Positions 1-10,992 of a stretch of DNA of 64,000 bases are shown one piece after another (the stretch's first letter is position 1; every line of letters begins with the position of its first letter). The notes below the pieces were generated by a model. That model worked only from the letters and a program-made list of their open reading frames with translations. It was not told the origin of the DNA and ran no database searches. The DNA comes from Lama glama (Eukaryota): contig CM052817.1 of NCBI GenBank assembly GCA_028534125.1, forward strand, positions 55,616,001-55,680,000. Reading direction: 5' to 3'. A program made the translations under genes and the position numbers.

Positions 1-620
1 TTTCAAGCAGTTTATACTTCATACACATTGTCAAACATATTGGCATAAATTTGTTTTTATGTTCCCCCTAGTTTTCTTTTATTATCTGTAGAATCCTTAG
101 TGATGCCCTACATTTCATTCCTAATGTTGGTGATTGGTTTCCTTCTTTTTTTTTTTTAAATTTTGAAAGTTAGATTTACAGAAGAGTTTTACCGGAGAGT
201 TCCTGTATACTCTTCACTCATCTTCCTCTAAGGTTAACATTTTACATAGCTATAGCATGATTATCAAAATTAAGACATTGACACTGGAAAATATTATTAC
301 CTCAAATGTTAACTGTATTTCAGTGTTTCTTTTTCTATTCCAGAATCTAATCCATAATCTCACCAGGCATTTAGTTGTCATGTCTCTTTGGTCTTCTCCC
401 ATCAATGGCAGTTTCGCAGTCTTTCTTGGTTTTTCATGACCATGGCACATATGAAAATTCTTGGTTGGTTATTTTGTAGAAGTTTCCTAAATTTGATTTG
501 TGTGTTGTTTCTCATGACTAATTTGAGGTAATGCCTTTTTGACAAGAATATGCAAAAGTGATGTGCCCTTCTCGGTAATTCATATCAGAGATATATATTG
601 TCAATATGTATAACTAGTGA
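1..620 (-). mobile_element. Old L1 (L1M/L1MC-type) fragments including a 3' end, antisense
   Basis: ttccagaatctaatcc...catttagttgtcatgtctct...ttattttgtagaa...aatttgaggtaatgcc resembles the antisense L1MC4/5-type 3' end. Confidence 0.7.
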
Positions 621-1569
621 TGTTCAGCCATTTCAACACTTTTGTGCAACAGAGGGTATTTTCTCCATTATCTTTCCCTTCCTTCAGTGTCGAAATGTTG
701 CTTTTTGTTACTTAGTTCTTACCAGAATGGTTTTGGAGGGAGTAGCCTTGTCTCATGAGTAAGGTTTTCTCAGTGTTTCCTCCCCTCTTCCCCATGAGAG
801 TCAAATTTTGTATCTCTGGTGGGTCTCATGTGGAAGAGAGTTTGTTCCCCTAGAAGAAGGAGATCTCTAGTCATTTTGATATAGGATCCTGAGCTCTGGA
901 ATGTTTCTTGTCACGCCTCTAAATTTTCTTTCATCCTTCTTCCACTCTCAATCAAGACTTTACTTGCATTTTGTCAACAGCCGAGTTTGTTCCTCTCTTC
1001 CCTGACTAAGGCTTTTTCTCAGTATGAGAGATAAGCCCAAGAAGAGGGTAGAGTTTAGAACAATTCCAACAGCAGCAGTAAATCCCTTCTTACAGGCACC
1101 AAGGGACAGAGGTTCTCTTTGGACTCAACCACTACCGCAGTTTCATTAGATGTAACCATCTAATGAAGATCTGTGAAAAGGAGCCTGCAACTGAGTGTGA
1201 GTTCTCCTATTTTCTGGGGCCCCAGGGGGGTCCTATACCATCACTCCAGACCATACTCACTCTTTTCACAATTCTTTAAAACATTAGCTCTATTCTTCTT
1301 CACTTAATATCAGTCATGTCTTCCTCCTGTGTTCTGCCACACATGAGCCAGTCCCTGGCCTCTCTTCCCTCTCCTTGGAGGAGTCGGTCTCTCTGACTTC
1401 ATAGTTCTAGCCATTTCTCATTTACAGAGTTAGATTTTTCCCTAAATTCAAAAAGGACAGAGTCCTTATTATTTAAAAAAATTTTAAATATGGTTATAAT
1501 TATAAAATACCTAATAGCCTAATTTTGATCATCTTAAAACAAAAATACATAGAATTTTGATGTTTCTAT

Positions 1570-2450
1570 TTTCCCAGAACTTTTGCTAATACAACTAAGA
1601 TACAACAAATCTGTATTTCCAAGAGAAGGAGTTATTGTAAGATAAATTTGCTTAAACCTGTTGGAAGGAATTATCTTTAATCATGATCAGTTATTCCATA
1701 CACCTAGAGCTCAAAGAGCTAAGATTCCTACCATTTCTTTTCCCATTAACCAATACTCCTATGGGAAGAATAAACTGGGTGTGTGTCGATCAGGCTGTTC
1801 TCTTTCTTTTATGATCTTCGTCCCAGTGCAAGTCATGGATTGTCTTCTACTTCTCCATACTACAAATGTCACTAGCTCAGACTACCTACATGGAGACCAA
1901 TTTCTTGACCTGATATTGTCAGTAGTTTAGTAGGTCTAATTCCTTAATCTTTCAGTGCAGTAATGAGGGCCATTTGGGTTTCATGCTAACTACATTCGCT
2001 AATCCAATTGCTATCAGAAATAATGGTCAGATTTTGTTCTCCACCTAATAAGTTATTCTTTTCAAATTTTTAATTATTTTAGGACCTCACTGAGGAAGGT
2101 ACAACTGTCTATTGAGTGCCCTGTTGGAGGTCCCAGTATCTTGCATGACTGGAGACATTGTGGAGTAGGAAAACACTATATATACAAGAGAAGAGGCTTT
2201 TTGTAGAGCCTAACTACATGATTTTGGGCCTTATACTTTAGGATTTGAGTAGAGTTTTTACTTTAATGGTTTCTAGTGGCATCTGGACTACAAGATTTAA
2301 GCCTGGGGTCATGTAGTAGTTTGAATTTGGTGGTGACTACTGTATGGAGATTTTTGTTCACAATTGAATGGCTGTGTTTATAAAAGCAAAGAGATGGCAA
2401 AAGGTACTTGAATCTTGGGGAAGGTGTTGATTTCTTCAGAAATCTTCAGG
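1570..2450 (-). pseudogene. EBLL: Bornavirus L (RdRp) remnant, N-terminal ~300 aa
   Basis: [27 protein letters not shown] (2321-2241) vs [32 protein letters not shown] (2204-2181) vs TKTLYSSV; RYWDLQQGTQ*TV vs AQLELHIAYQRIV; QNLTI vs QSLVI; LLTISGQEIGLHVGSLS**HL (~1925-1863) vs [32 protein letters not shown] (1776-1741) vs [22 protein letters not shown] (1608-1579) vs LLMVSSVQKS. One frame carries the matches from ~2321 to ~1863 with scattered stops. Confidence 0.85.
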
Positions 2451-2889
2451 AAGTAAAAAGGGTTGAGTGGCTACGATGGGGGCTGAAACAGCATGTCAAA
2501 TATGCCACGGGTTACTGGAACCAAAGTAAGTGGACACAAATGAAGGGAGAATTTAATTATAAAAACAGCTGAGGTCATAGGTAGCCTCTCCAACACTGGC
2601 CCTATAGATGACCAAGAGAATAGTCACAATTCCAAGGCCACTCATGCAGACTCAGACAGTGTCAGTTTGCAGGCTGTTGCTCATTTGCAACACAGGTGCA
2701 GGATTTCCGAGGAATATTTGGCTGATGTGAAGATTTGATTGTAAGGAAATGGATATTTCTAGTCTTTTTAAGCATTTATGTGCAGAACAATTTCTACTGC
2801 AGTAAAATGCAAGGTATCAGTTTGCTTGTTCTATAGAGCACAGGGGAATTTCCAGCTTTAAATTGTTAGAGTTAGGCTTATGTAGACAT
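2450..2889 (-). pseudogene. EBLM: Bornavirus matrix protein (M) remnant, near full length
   Basis: ATG at 2889-2887, 2 nt after the putative G stop. [20 protein letters not shown] (2760-2701) vs NIPFLSVKEPLQLPREK; VALEL/SL/VIYR vs LLTLNSLSVYK; QLFL*LN (2571-2551) vs YMFLRLN; RGIFDM vs NAAFNV. The ~440-nt span fits a ~140-aa M. Confidence 0.8.
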
Positions 2890-2891
2890 GA

Positions 2892-3600
2892 CTAAATACA
2901 CTGAATCAAATTCCATTCTGCATTGAGGGCCGTAGAGGATTCTGTTGAGGGATATACAGACTTGTCCACAAGCTCAAGACTGAAAACTACTGTGCAAAAA
3001 TATTATAGTGTAGTTTAAGGTGACAGAATTATAATAATTGGATATGCATATACTGTGTCCAGAGGGATTATGACCAAGTAATTTATCAAATTGAAAATAG
3101 AGGGAAAATACTTTGAGGAGCATGTAACTGAAGTTTGATTCATATCAGTCTGCCTCAACCCCAATTTCTGCCCATTGTGGCATAGACTCCAGTAACATAG
3201 CAGTTTCAGTTCAGAAATCTGCTGAATATGATTCTCCAGCTGAAACAAATGTGGGGACCTTGCCTAGGAGTTAGATTTCATATACCGGCTGGCTTCTAGA
3301 TGTGGTCAATGTGTCATGCCAAAATTAAGTTCTTGTTGGGACTTCTCCTAATTGAATGTTAATGAATACATCATGGATTCCAGCACAGACTTCTTGGTGT
3401 CCAGGCTGCCTAGTATTCATGATTTTGGGATAAAACCAGAGAGTACATTTCTACATTTGCTCCTTCACTTGTATATGACTAAATCTCAGTCTTGGACTTT
3501 AGTGATCCTAAAAACTAGGTCCTGGGGTGTGTAGAATCAAGATGAAGTTGTTTCCCACATTTGGTGGTTATATGGCTAATCTCTTAGCCTCTTTAAAATA
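2892..3600 (-). pseudogene. EBLG: Bornavirus glycoprotein (G) remnant, C-terminal half including TM region
   Basis: In order: I*PP (~3573-3562) vs TYYPP; FLGSLKSKTEI*SYTSEG (3514-3461) vs FLNDEGRLQTNTPEA; TLWF (~3444-3433) vs VMWF; LGE/QQELNFGMT (3351-3312) vs LEEFEASLNMT; FPSIFNLINYLVII (from 3107) vs LPSFAFLNPLGWL; then a hydrophobic stretch and TAG at 2894-2892. Confidence 0.72.
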
Positions 3601-3602
3601 TA

Positions 3603-3970
3603 AGTGATTCCATTGTGTAAATGTATAATAATTTGTTTATCTATTGACCAGGTGGTGGACATTTGGGTTGTTTATAGTCTGGGATTATGTGTTGCTAAAA
3701 ACAAGAAACAACACAGATGCATCTTAAAAGGGAAAGAACACAGACAAAAAGTCTACTATCTACCTTATCATTCCATTCATACAAATTTCTGAAAGTTGAA
3801 GTTATAATAATAGAAAGCAGTTGAGTGGTTGCCAGGATCCAGAGATTGACTGAAAGTGCTACAAAGGAGGTTTTTGGAGTGACAAAAATGTCATGTATCA
3901 TGATTGCAGTTGTGGTTACATGACTGTGTGCATTTAAAAATGCACTAATTTATACACTTAATCTTGTCAA
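3603..3970 (+). mobile_element. Ancient L1M 3' fragment (L1MB/ME-like) with inverted 5' part
   Basis: 3603-3690 is antisense L1 (ccattgtgtaaatgtata...ggacatttgggttgttt). 3695-3970 is a sense L1 3' end (gtggttgccagg...gattgactg...gttacatgactg...tacacttaa). Flanked by a degenerate direct repeat ctttaaaatata (3591-3602) / cttaaaaataca (3971-3982). Confidence 0.7.
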
Positions 3971-4619
3971 CTTAAAAATACAGACACATTACAGACTTAA
4001 TGTTGAGCCAATTCAGTTCACACACTGTGTGGAAACTTTACCAATTACCAGGCAAAAGAGCACAGGCTAGAATTGCAGAAAGAAAATCAGCTTTGAGAAG
4101 GAACTTGTGTGGAACTCAACAGAAAAAACTGATTGAGGAGAATAATTTTAGTTTTAAATTTAACTTTAATTTTTCGTCTTTGAACTTTTAAGAAGGGAAA
4201 GAAAAATATTTTGAACTTAGATAAAACATTTTATTATTTTAAAATTCAAGAAGGCTGATACTTAATGTTAATTTCTCCCAGAAAATTTGTTAATTAGAAG
4301 GGTACAGTAGTCAAGTTTAATCAAAATACTAATATTTAATTATCATATTTTAAAATATGTTCATAATTTTAAGGGATTTTAAAAATGATTTTAGTTTAGA
4401 TGCCTCTTAAAAGTAGTTGGAAAGTTTTTCTTATACCTCATGCTCTCTTTAAGAGTGGATAAGATTGGTATGAGCTGTTCCTTGAGAATTGGATGGACCT
4501 TGACTGTAAACCATTTCTATACTAACAGATTACAGCTACCTAGAATAGAGCTGGGAACAAATTTTATGTATTAATGTATTCATCCACTCAATTGAACTAA
4601 GCATATTTTCCTACATATT

Positions 4620-5950
4620 TGTATATTTTGATATCATTATTTGGACATTCTTTAAATTACTGTTATGCTTTCTTTTTTTAAATTCTTGAGTTCAATGCTT
4701 AAATTATTTTTGCTCTTCCTAGTCAATAATAAAATGTTCAAGCCTATAAAATTTCCTCTGAGTCTAACTTTGGCCATATTTCACAGATTTTAAAAATGTG
4801 CTGGGTCATTATAGTTACTTTGTAAATATGCCTTGAATGTGATTTTTGCTTTACTCTATGTGCTCTGAGTCCCTCTTCTTATAGCTTTGTACATTTTCCC
4901 ATTATTTTTGTTTAATTGCTGGTGATGAAGTTTTTACTATTTCTAATGTTCTTGGATTTTTAGAGGTTTTCTGTGCCTTTGCAATGTTCTTAATTTATAT
5001 TGAGATTGTCTATTTAGAGCTTCTTCATAACTTTTTTGTCTGCTTGAACTATCAGAGGAGACAAAGACTTTTTTGCCCTTTCTTGTATTTTTACCATTTT
5101 TTGCTACTATTTATTTTTTATTCAGAATTTAATTTGCTTTCTAGCATTAACATTGTGGCCACTGCTTTCTTTTTATTTGCTTTTTTTTCCTATATCGCTC
5201 CCATTCTTTTACATTCAAGCCTTGTAAATCACTTGGTTTTAAGCATGTCTCTTTGTAAACATTATACAGTTGAATTTTACAACCCTATATAGTTGGATTT
5301 AATTTTATAACCCCTAGTGTGAAGTTATTACATTTATATGTTTTGACTTGGCATGTGATTTCAGTTTTGCTTTGTTATCTTACTTGATTTTCTATTTTTT
5401 TGAATGTTTTCTAGCAATTGTCTTTGTTTTCTAGCATATGCTTTATGATCTGTATTATTGTTTCACTTCTGTTTTCTTCTGATAATCTGGAAATTATAGA
5501 ATGCCTTTCATTCTATTAGCAGCATTTTCTTTGCATATTTGTATTAAATCTTAATCTATATTTCATGATTTATCAACCTCAGAAACCAAGCAATGAGTAG
5601 TGACCCTCCTTATAAAAACTAAACTAATAAATTACTTATGCCTTCTCCTACCACCCTTCCCAAATTACATTTTTCATGCTTGAGATTTTTGCGTCAGACT
5701 TTTTTGTAGACAAATTGTCATAAATTTTGCATTACATAGTGGATTTTTCATAAGCTCTAACGTAATTTCATATCCTTAATTATCACAGTTTACACAATTA
5801 TATGTGTATAACTAGACTTAAAACTACCACCACTACTTTCATACTGTTATGTTCTGATTTTTATAGTTTTTATTTCTGTTTCTTGTTCAGTAGTCTAGAG
5901 GGTGATACGAAGTAGACTTTATTTGGCTATTACATAGATTACATGCTTCC
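4620..5950 (-). mobile_element. Highly diverged L1M (L1ME-like), antisense
   Basis: T-rich strand bias with L1 ORF2-antisense-like words (gcctataaaatttcctctgagt..., aatttgctttctagcattaacattgtggccactgctttc). Confidence 0.55.
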
Positions 5951-6019
5951 ACAGGGAGACTGGAGACTTTATTTCATTAAAACTATTTGGATGTTTGTTT
6001 GACTTTTAGCATTTGTTTA

Positions 6020-6550
6020 TTAATATATTAAAATATTTATTAATAATCTACTGACTGTTTCAAATACTTATTCAGATGCTGATTATACAGCACTGTACAG
6101 TCAAAATTTCAACCCTGATGGAGCTCCCATTGCATTGGGAATGCAATAAACTATTAAACAAATAAATATATAAAATATAATATGATCTATATAGATATTC
6201 AGTATACTATGTAGGGAATATGAAGGCAGTTTTTCGGAAGCATGGGTAGGACAAGCATCTGGGAGCATGCAGTCCAACATCAGGAAGGAGAGTGTCTAAG
6301 CAGAGGAAATAGTAAATGCAAGAACTCTGAGACTTTAAAAATCCTTACCTTTGATAGAAATAACATGGAAGCCAATGTGAGTGGAGAAAATTAAGTGATG
6401 GAAGAGGTTGCATGAGAGATTGGAGATGTAGCTTTGGGCCAGGTCATTTAGGTGAAGGTAGTTTGAATTTTAATCTAAGTGTGATCTGAAAAAGAGGGTT
6501 TAAATGATCTAATTTGAGATTTTACAAATTTCTCTAGCTGTTATCTTATA
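6020..6550 (-). mobile_element. L2 LINE fragment
   Basis: ccctgatggagctcccattg..., gcagaggaaatagtaaatgcaagaactctgag, gaattttaatctaagtgtgat: typical L2 3' region in reverse orientation. Confidence 0.7.
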
Positions 6551-6789
6551 AATAGGCTTGTAGTCACCCAGTATCACTTAGAAGCCTGAGATCAGTTTGC
6601 TTAATAATTTTTTTAAGGTAAGTGGCTTCTTTTCATGTTTATTCATTGCCCCCAAATTTTTTCACACATGCTGAGTGCATGTGCCTCATGCATTTTTTCC
6701 AATATATCTATTTCTTTAAAGTTGAATTTAATTGGATCAATGGAATATTTTCTTGTGCTCGATGCATACGTCACCTATTGCCACGAAAA

Positions 6790-7095
6790 TGTTATATAAG
6801 AGATCAGCCAAAAAGTCATTGATTTAAAACAATTATTGATATGTGACCATATCAATAGTAGGTTAGCCAGGGGCTGGCTGATGTAGGCTGGGATCAGCGG
6901 GAATCGGCTCCAAGATGCAGCTTGAGCCCATGTTTGCTCCACGTTTGTTGTCTTCTCCGAACCATTGAGTGAGCTGAGGGTTGGAAGATGCTGGAGAGAA
7001 GCATGGTTGCTGGGGCACAGATCTTCTCATGGGGGTAGAAGAAGCTCAAGAGAAGCAAGATGAAACATGTGATGTTTCTTGAGGCTAAGCTTAAT
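6790..7095 (-). mobile_element. MaLR LTR fragment (old MLT1 subfamily)
   Basis: gatttaaaacaa...ggctggctgatgtaggctggg...ttctcatgg...gctcaagagaagcaag...aaacatgtgatgtttcttgaggc. Confidence 0.6.
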
Positions 7096-8451
7096 GAATG
7101 TAGGCTACCTTTTTATCCTCTTTCTTTGCCTTTGTTCTTTTCAGGTAAAGTAAAATATCACTATTTCAGATCTCCTTTGTTCTCTGCTTACTGTGTTCTT
7201 TATATAAACTGACTTTCTTTGCCCTTTTTCTTTCACATTATATATGATTTTCTTAAGGCTGTCCTCCATGGAACTGATTTGTCTTTCTACACTATTGATT
7301 CTTCCTTTTCTGCTTCATTTCCACTTTATAGTACCTAATTGTGTTATTTCTCCGTAATTTATTCCTTCACTTTGGCAGGCTCAGTTTTCATCACATCCTA
7401 CTATCTTCTCTTTTCCTATTTTAACAGAGTTCCTGTTTTTTGTGTTTTTTTTATATAAATTTAAATCTGTACTAAATCTTTTTTTCCCAATTTTTCTTCA
7501 TTTATTTTTGCACAGCACCTATGTTTACCGCATTTTATTTGCTTGTGTCCTCTTCTTTTCTTCTTTTGTTTGGATGAGGTAAAGTCTATCCAACATGATT
7601 CTCAAAATTAAATGTTGACATAATGCCTGATTTTCTCATGAGACCCCCCTTCTCTTCTCTACATATAGTCTCTTCCTAATCGTAGGACAAATCATAACAT
7701 GTACCACTGTGTCCTAAAGTTATATTTTGACTGAACTCAGTTGTATATTAAATTGCTCACCTTACATGTTAATTTTGAAGTCTAATTATCCTAATGAAAT
7801 TACTGTTAAAAATCAATTTTTAAAAAATTACACTTCAACCTGCTTCTCCCTCTAGCTACCCATATCATTAAATGGTACCTTGTCCACTCAGATGTCAGGC
7901 AACCTCTTCCAATTGGGATTAAAGCGTTTATCTGGCAGATATTGTTCTAACTTTATGGTATGAGATTGTGACCATTTCCTATCATTTTAGCATATATAAA
8001 GATGTTTTTAACTTCTTTTTTGGTAAATTGTGTTGTTTTCAAAAATGGGATACTATAATTATGCTTCGTGCTTTCTAGAAGTTGAACTAGTTTTTAATAC
8101 TTACGAGGACACCTATCACTCAGAGTAATTTCTTTTGGGAGAAAAAAAAAAACCCTCCCAAAAATGGAAACAATTAATGTGGTTTTTCTATAAATAATTT
8201 TTCTAATTTTCCCAGAAATAATATAATTAATTTATCAATTTATAAAAAATAAACCCTGTCTGTCAAAACCTCATCTCTGCAAAGGATTCACACTGGCTCA
8301 TTTTTGCCTGCTCCAGCAATGTCACTATGAGGCTCTCAGCTTGTATTGGAAAAGTCAAGGTCGAAATGACAGATTTCTCACAATTTTTGTAGCCTATTGA
8401 AACAATCAGAGAATCTATGCAGTGTTGACATCTATTTTGTGTATAGTGCTT

Positions 8452-8971
8452 GGATTAGTTTACTGTGCCTGCTGTTACAAATTAACATAAATGGAGAGCT
8501 TAAAACAAAAGAAATTTATTAATTTATTTTTTAACAATTTGGGAGGCCCGAAGTCTGAAACCATTCTTTGGTCTAATACCAAGGTGTCAGCAGGCCTCCC
8601 TCTGGTGGCTGTAGAAGAGAATCTACTCCTCTCCTCTTTCACCTTCTAGTAGCTGCTGACTTCCGTTGTGCTGTGGCCACATCACTCCCAAGTCCACGGC
8701 CAGCATCTTCAAGTCCTACTCTATTTCCACATTACTTCTCCTGTGTGTGCACGCTTGAGGGCCACATGTGTGAAGTGTCCCTTTAATTGCCTCTTGTAAG
8801 GAGATACATAAATATACTTAGGGTCCATCCTTATAATTCAGGATGATCTCCGTGCCTCAAGATCCTTAGTTAATTATATCTGTAAAGAACTTTTAGTTTA
8901 TAATGTACTATTTCTAGGTTCCAGGTGTTAGGACCCGGTATCTGTGGGGAGCTATTTTTCAGCCTACCACA
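8452..8971 (-). mobile_element. MLT1D-like MaLR solo LTR
   Basis: ttagtttactgtgcctgctgttacaaatt...cttaaaacaaaagaaatttatt...aaggtgtcagcagg...ends ttcagcctaccaca (reverse complement of the MLT1D start). Confidence 0.85.
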
Positions 8972-9582
8972 ATGCCGCCACATATTTTGTTTCCAGTCTA
9001 CTTTTAACTAAAACAAGTTCTTCTGAAATCTCCCCTCCTTTTGTCCTCTTTCTTTCTTCCAAATGTTGGCTTCTTTTACGTTTCTGTCCTTTGGGTTTTT
9101 AGTCCATTGAAGGGAAACTATCAGCCTGCCTTAAATCTCTCCTTATAAATATTCTTGTCTATACTGCACCACTCCCACAACTCTTCACCTTGTTTTTTAT
9201 GAATGTGCTTTTTAACACAAAATAATTTTTAAAAAGATTTTAGTTAGTCCTGTTTTATTTGATAAAAGATGCAAGCATCTCTTTTGTATTTCACACAGAA
9301 ATTATGTTTTTTATATGCCAGTTTCTATACTTAGCCCATGCCAAATTTTATATAAACATTTATATTATTAATATATTTTTATTTTTATTATATAATTCTC
9401 TTTGTAAACAATCTTTAATCCTTCTCCAAATGACATTGCGAGTGTGTATATGTGCGTATATGTGTGTGTGTGTTTATTTCAAGCTACTTATGTGGGTTTA
9501 GAAATAGAGAAATGTAGGTTGTACCTAATGAGAATTCAAAAAATAATTGTTATAAATCGCTGTCACAGAGGAGCACACTTCT

Positions 9583-9985
9583 CTTAAAAAATTTTTCCAG
9601 TTGTACTGAGATATAATGATATGTAACATTGTGTTAGTCTAAGGTGTGCAACATTATGACTTGATATTAGCATATATTGTGAAAGAATCATCATGATAAT
9701 TTTTAACATCAATCATCTTTTATAGTTATAAACATTTTTTCTTGTGATGAGAACTTTTAAGATCTACTGTCTTAGTAACTTTCAAATATATAACATAATA
9801 TTATTAGCTATGGTCATCATGCTGCACATTGTATACCCAGAACTTATTTATCTTATAATTAGAACTTTCAACTTTTTATCAAAAAAACAAAAGCCCCTAC
9901 AAACTCAGGAATACAGAGAACAGACAGATGGTTGCCACTGGAGATGGGGGTGGCAGAAATGGCTGAAGGAGCTCAAAAGATAAAA
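9583..9985 (-). mobile_element. 5'-inverted short L1 (L1MA9-like 3' end) with TSD
   Basis: Antisense 3' terminus at ~9590-9870 plus the adjacent upstream L1 segment in sense at ~9880-9985. TSD agcacacttct at 9572-9582 and 9986-9996. Confidence 0.8.
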
Positions 9986-10511
9986 AGCACACTTCTAACA
10001 TGGACGTTTTTGTTGATATTATTTTAGAGACATGACTTGGAATTGTTGAATATATAATATCTGATAATGCTAACTTTTTAGCTTAAATACCAACGAATTA
10101 GTTGACTGAATCACTGAATCATTAGAGCAGACATGAAAGACCATTAGCTTGCACTTTGAGAAGACGTTTAATTTGTGTGTTTTTAAAAATTGTAACACTC
10201 ATTAAATTCTAAGTGCATATCATAGAATTAATTATTAGTGTTAGGATTTTGCAATAGAGAAACTGAAGAGAGATGATTAACACACTTGCTAAATTTATAT
10301 AATTCCTCTGTATCAAGTCTATCACTGTCCTTGATTCTTAGATCCATGTGTTTTTACCAGCCTGCAGTTATCAAGTCCAAATCTCTATTTTTCCATTATT
10401 TATCACTAGCCTAAGCAATGAACTAAGACATAGTGAAGACACTGAACCCAAGTCTACATCTGTCCACTGCCACTTATGAGCTTGCATTAAAATCATCTTT
10501 ATTTTTTTGGC

Positions 10512-10992
10512 TGTAATGATGACTGAGTTTTATTAAAAATGATGAATTCCCAACTACTAAGTCTGTGTAAAGCAGAAATGGCCCTGCTGGCAACCAGTAC
10601 AGGATGTTCCCAACCGCACATCAATAATACTTGCAGAATACAAGAAATGCTCCAGCAGGACCATTCTGTGAGCTGAACTGAACTCCAGGCAAGACCAGAG
10701 CACTGCCACACTGCTAACAGGCTGCTCCTTCAGCCGTAACAACTCCAGTCCTGACAGTGTGCAGTCAAGAAGTAGCTCCACTGCCTTAAAAACTTGTAAT
10801 AATTTCCAGCCCAAACACAAATCCTGTTAAAAGCCTACAAGCCCTTCCAAATCTCTTGTTCTCTCATACGTGATGCCCCATGCTTGCTCTGAGGTATGTT
10901 CTCCCTCGCTGCAGCAAGCTCACTAAACTTTATCATTATTTTTATTGCCTACGCATGTGTTTCTTGGGGAATTTGATCAGTGGGATTTAACA
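10512..10992 (+). mobile_element. ERV-class solo LTR (MER90/MER110-like)
   Basis: TG...CA termini, about 480 bp, with a tail ctccctcgctgcagcaagctcactaaactt typical of an ERV1 LTR polyA region. Confidence 0.55.

Larger units (their letters stand above)
1570..3600 (-). other. Endogenous bornavirus-like element (non-retroviral EVE) with decayed G-M-L genes in tandem
   Basis: Manual minus-strand translation with frameshifts gives more than a dozen collinear motif matches to BoDV-1 G, M and L (recalled). The segment resembles no mammalian TE I recognise. Boundaries are approximate. Confidence 0.85.

Noticed and set aside
1661..1930. Plus-strand 89-aa ORF containing SSDYLH, as in BoDV-1 L
   Set aside because: Only six residues match with no flanking similarity; the ORF is the antisense shadow of the L remnant.
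1940..2010. Possible retroviral env immunosuppressive-domain-like reading (LANVV...QMAL) on the minus strand
   Set aside because: No downstream CX6CC motif or LTR context; the region aligns better to the bornavirus L N-terminus.
2387..2572. Plus-strand reading DGKRYLNLGEG...KRVEW resembling bornavirus G (NGRKYFLNDEG...KRVMW)
   Set aside because: Isolated match antisense to the much longer collinear M/L series on the minus strand; treated as coincidence.
2760..3450. Alternative minus-strand reading as the L capping domain (LTTSRSQPVY..SN..KV, C..CLKRLE)
   Set aside because: Needs ad hoc frameshifts and lacks a clear HR motif. It also conflicts with the adjacent M and N-terminal L order, and the G-then-M assignment explains more motifs in the correct order.
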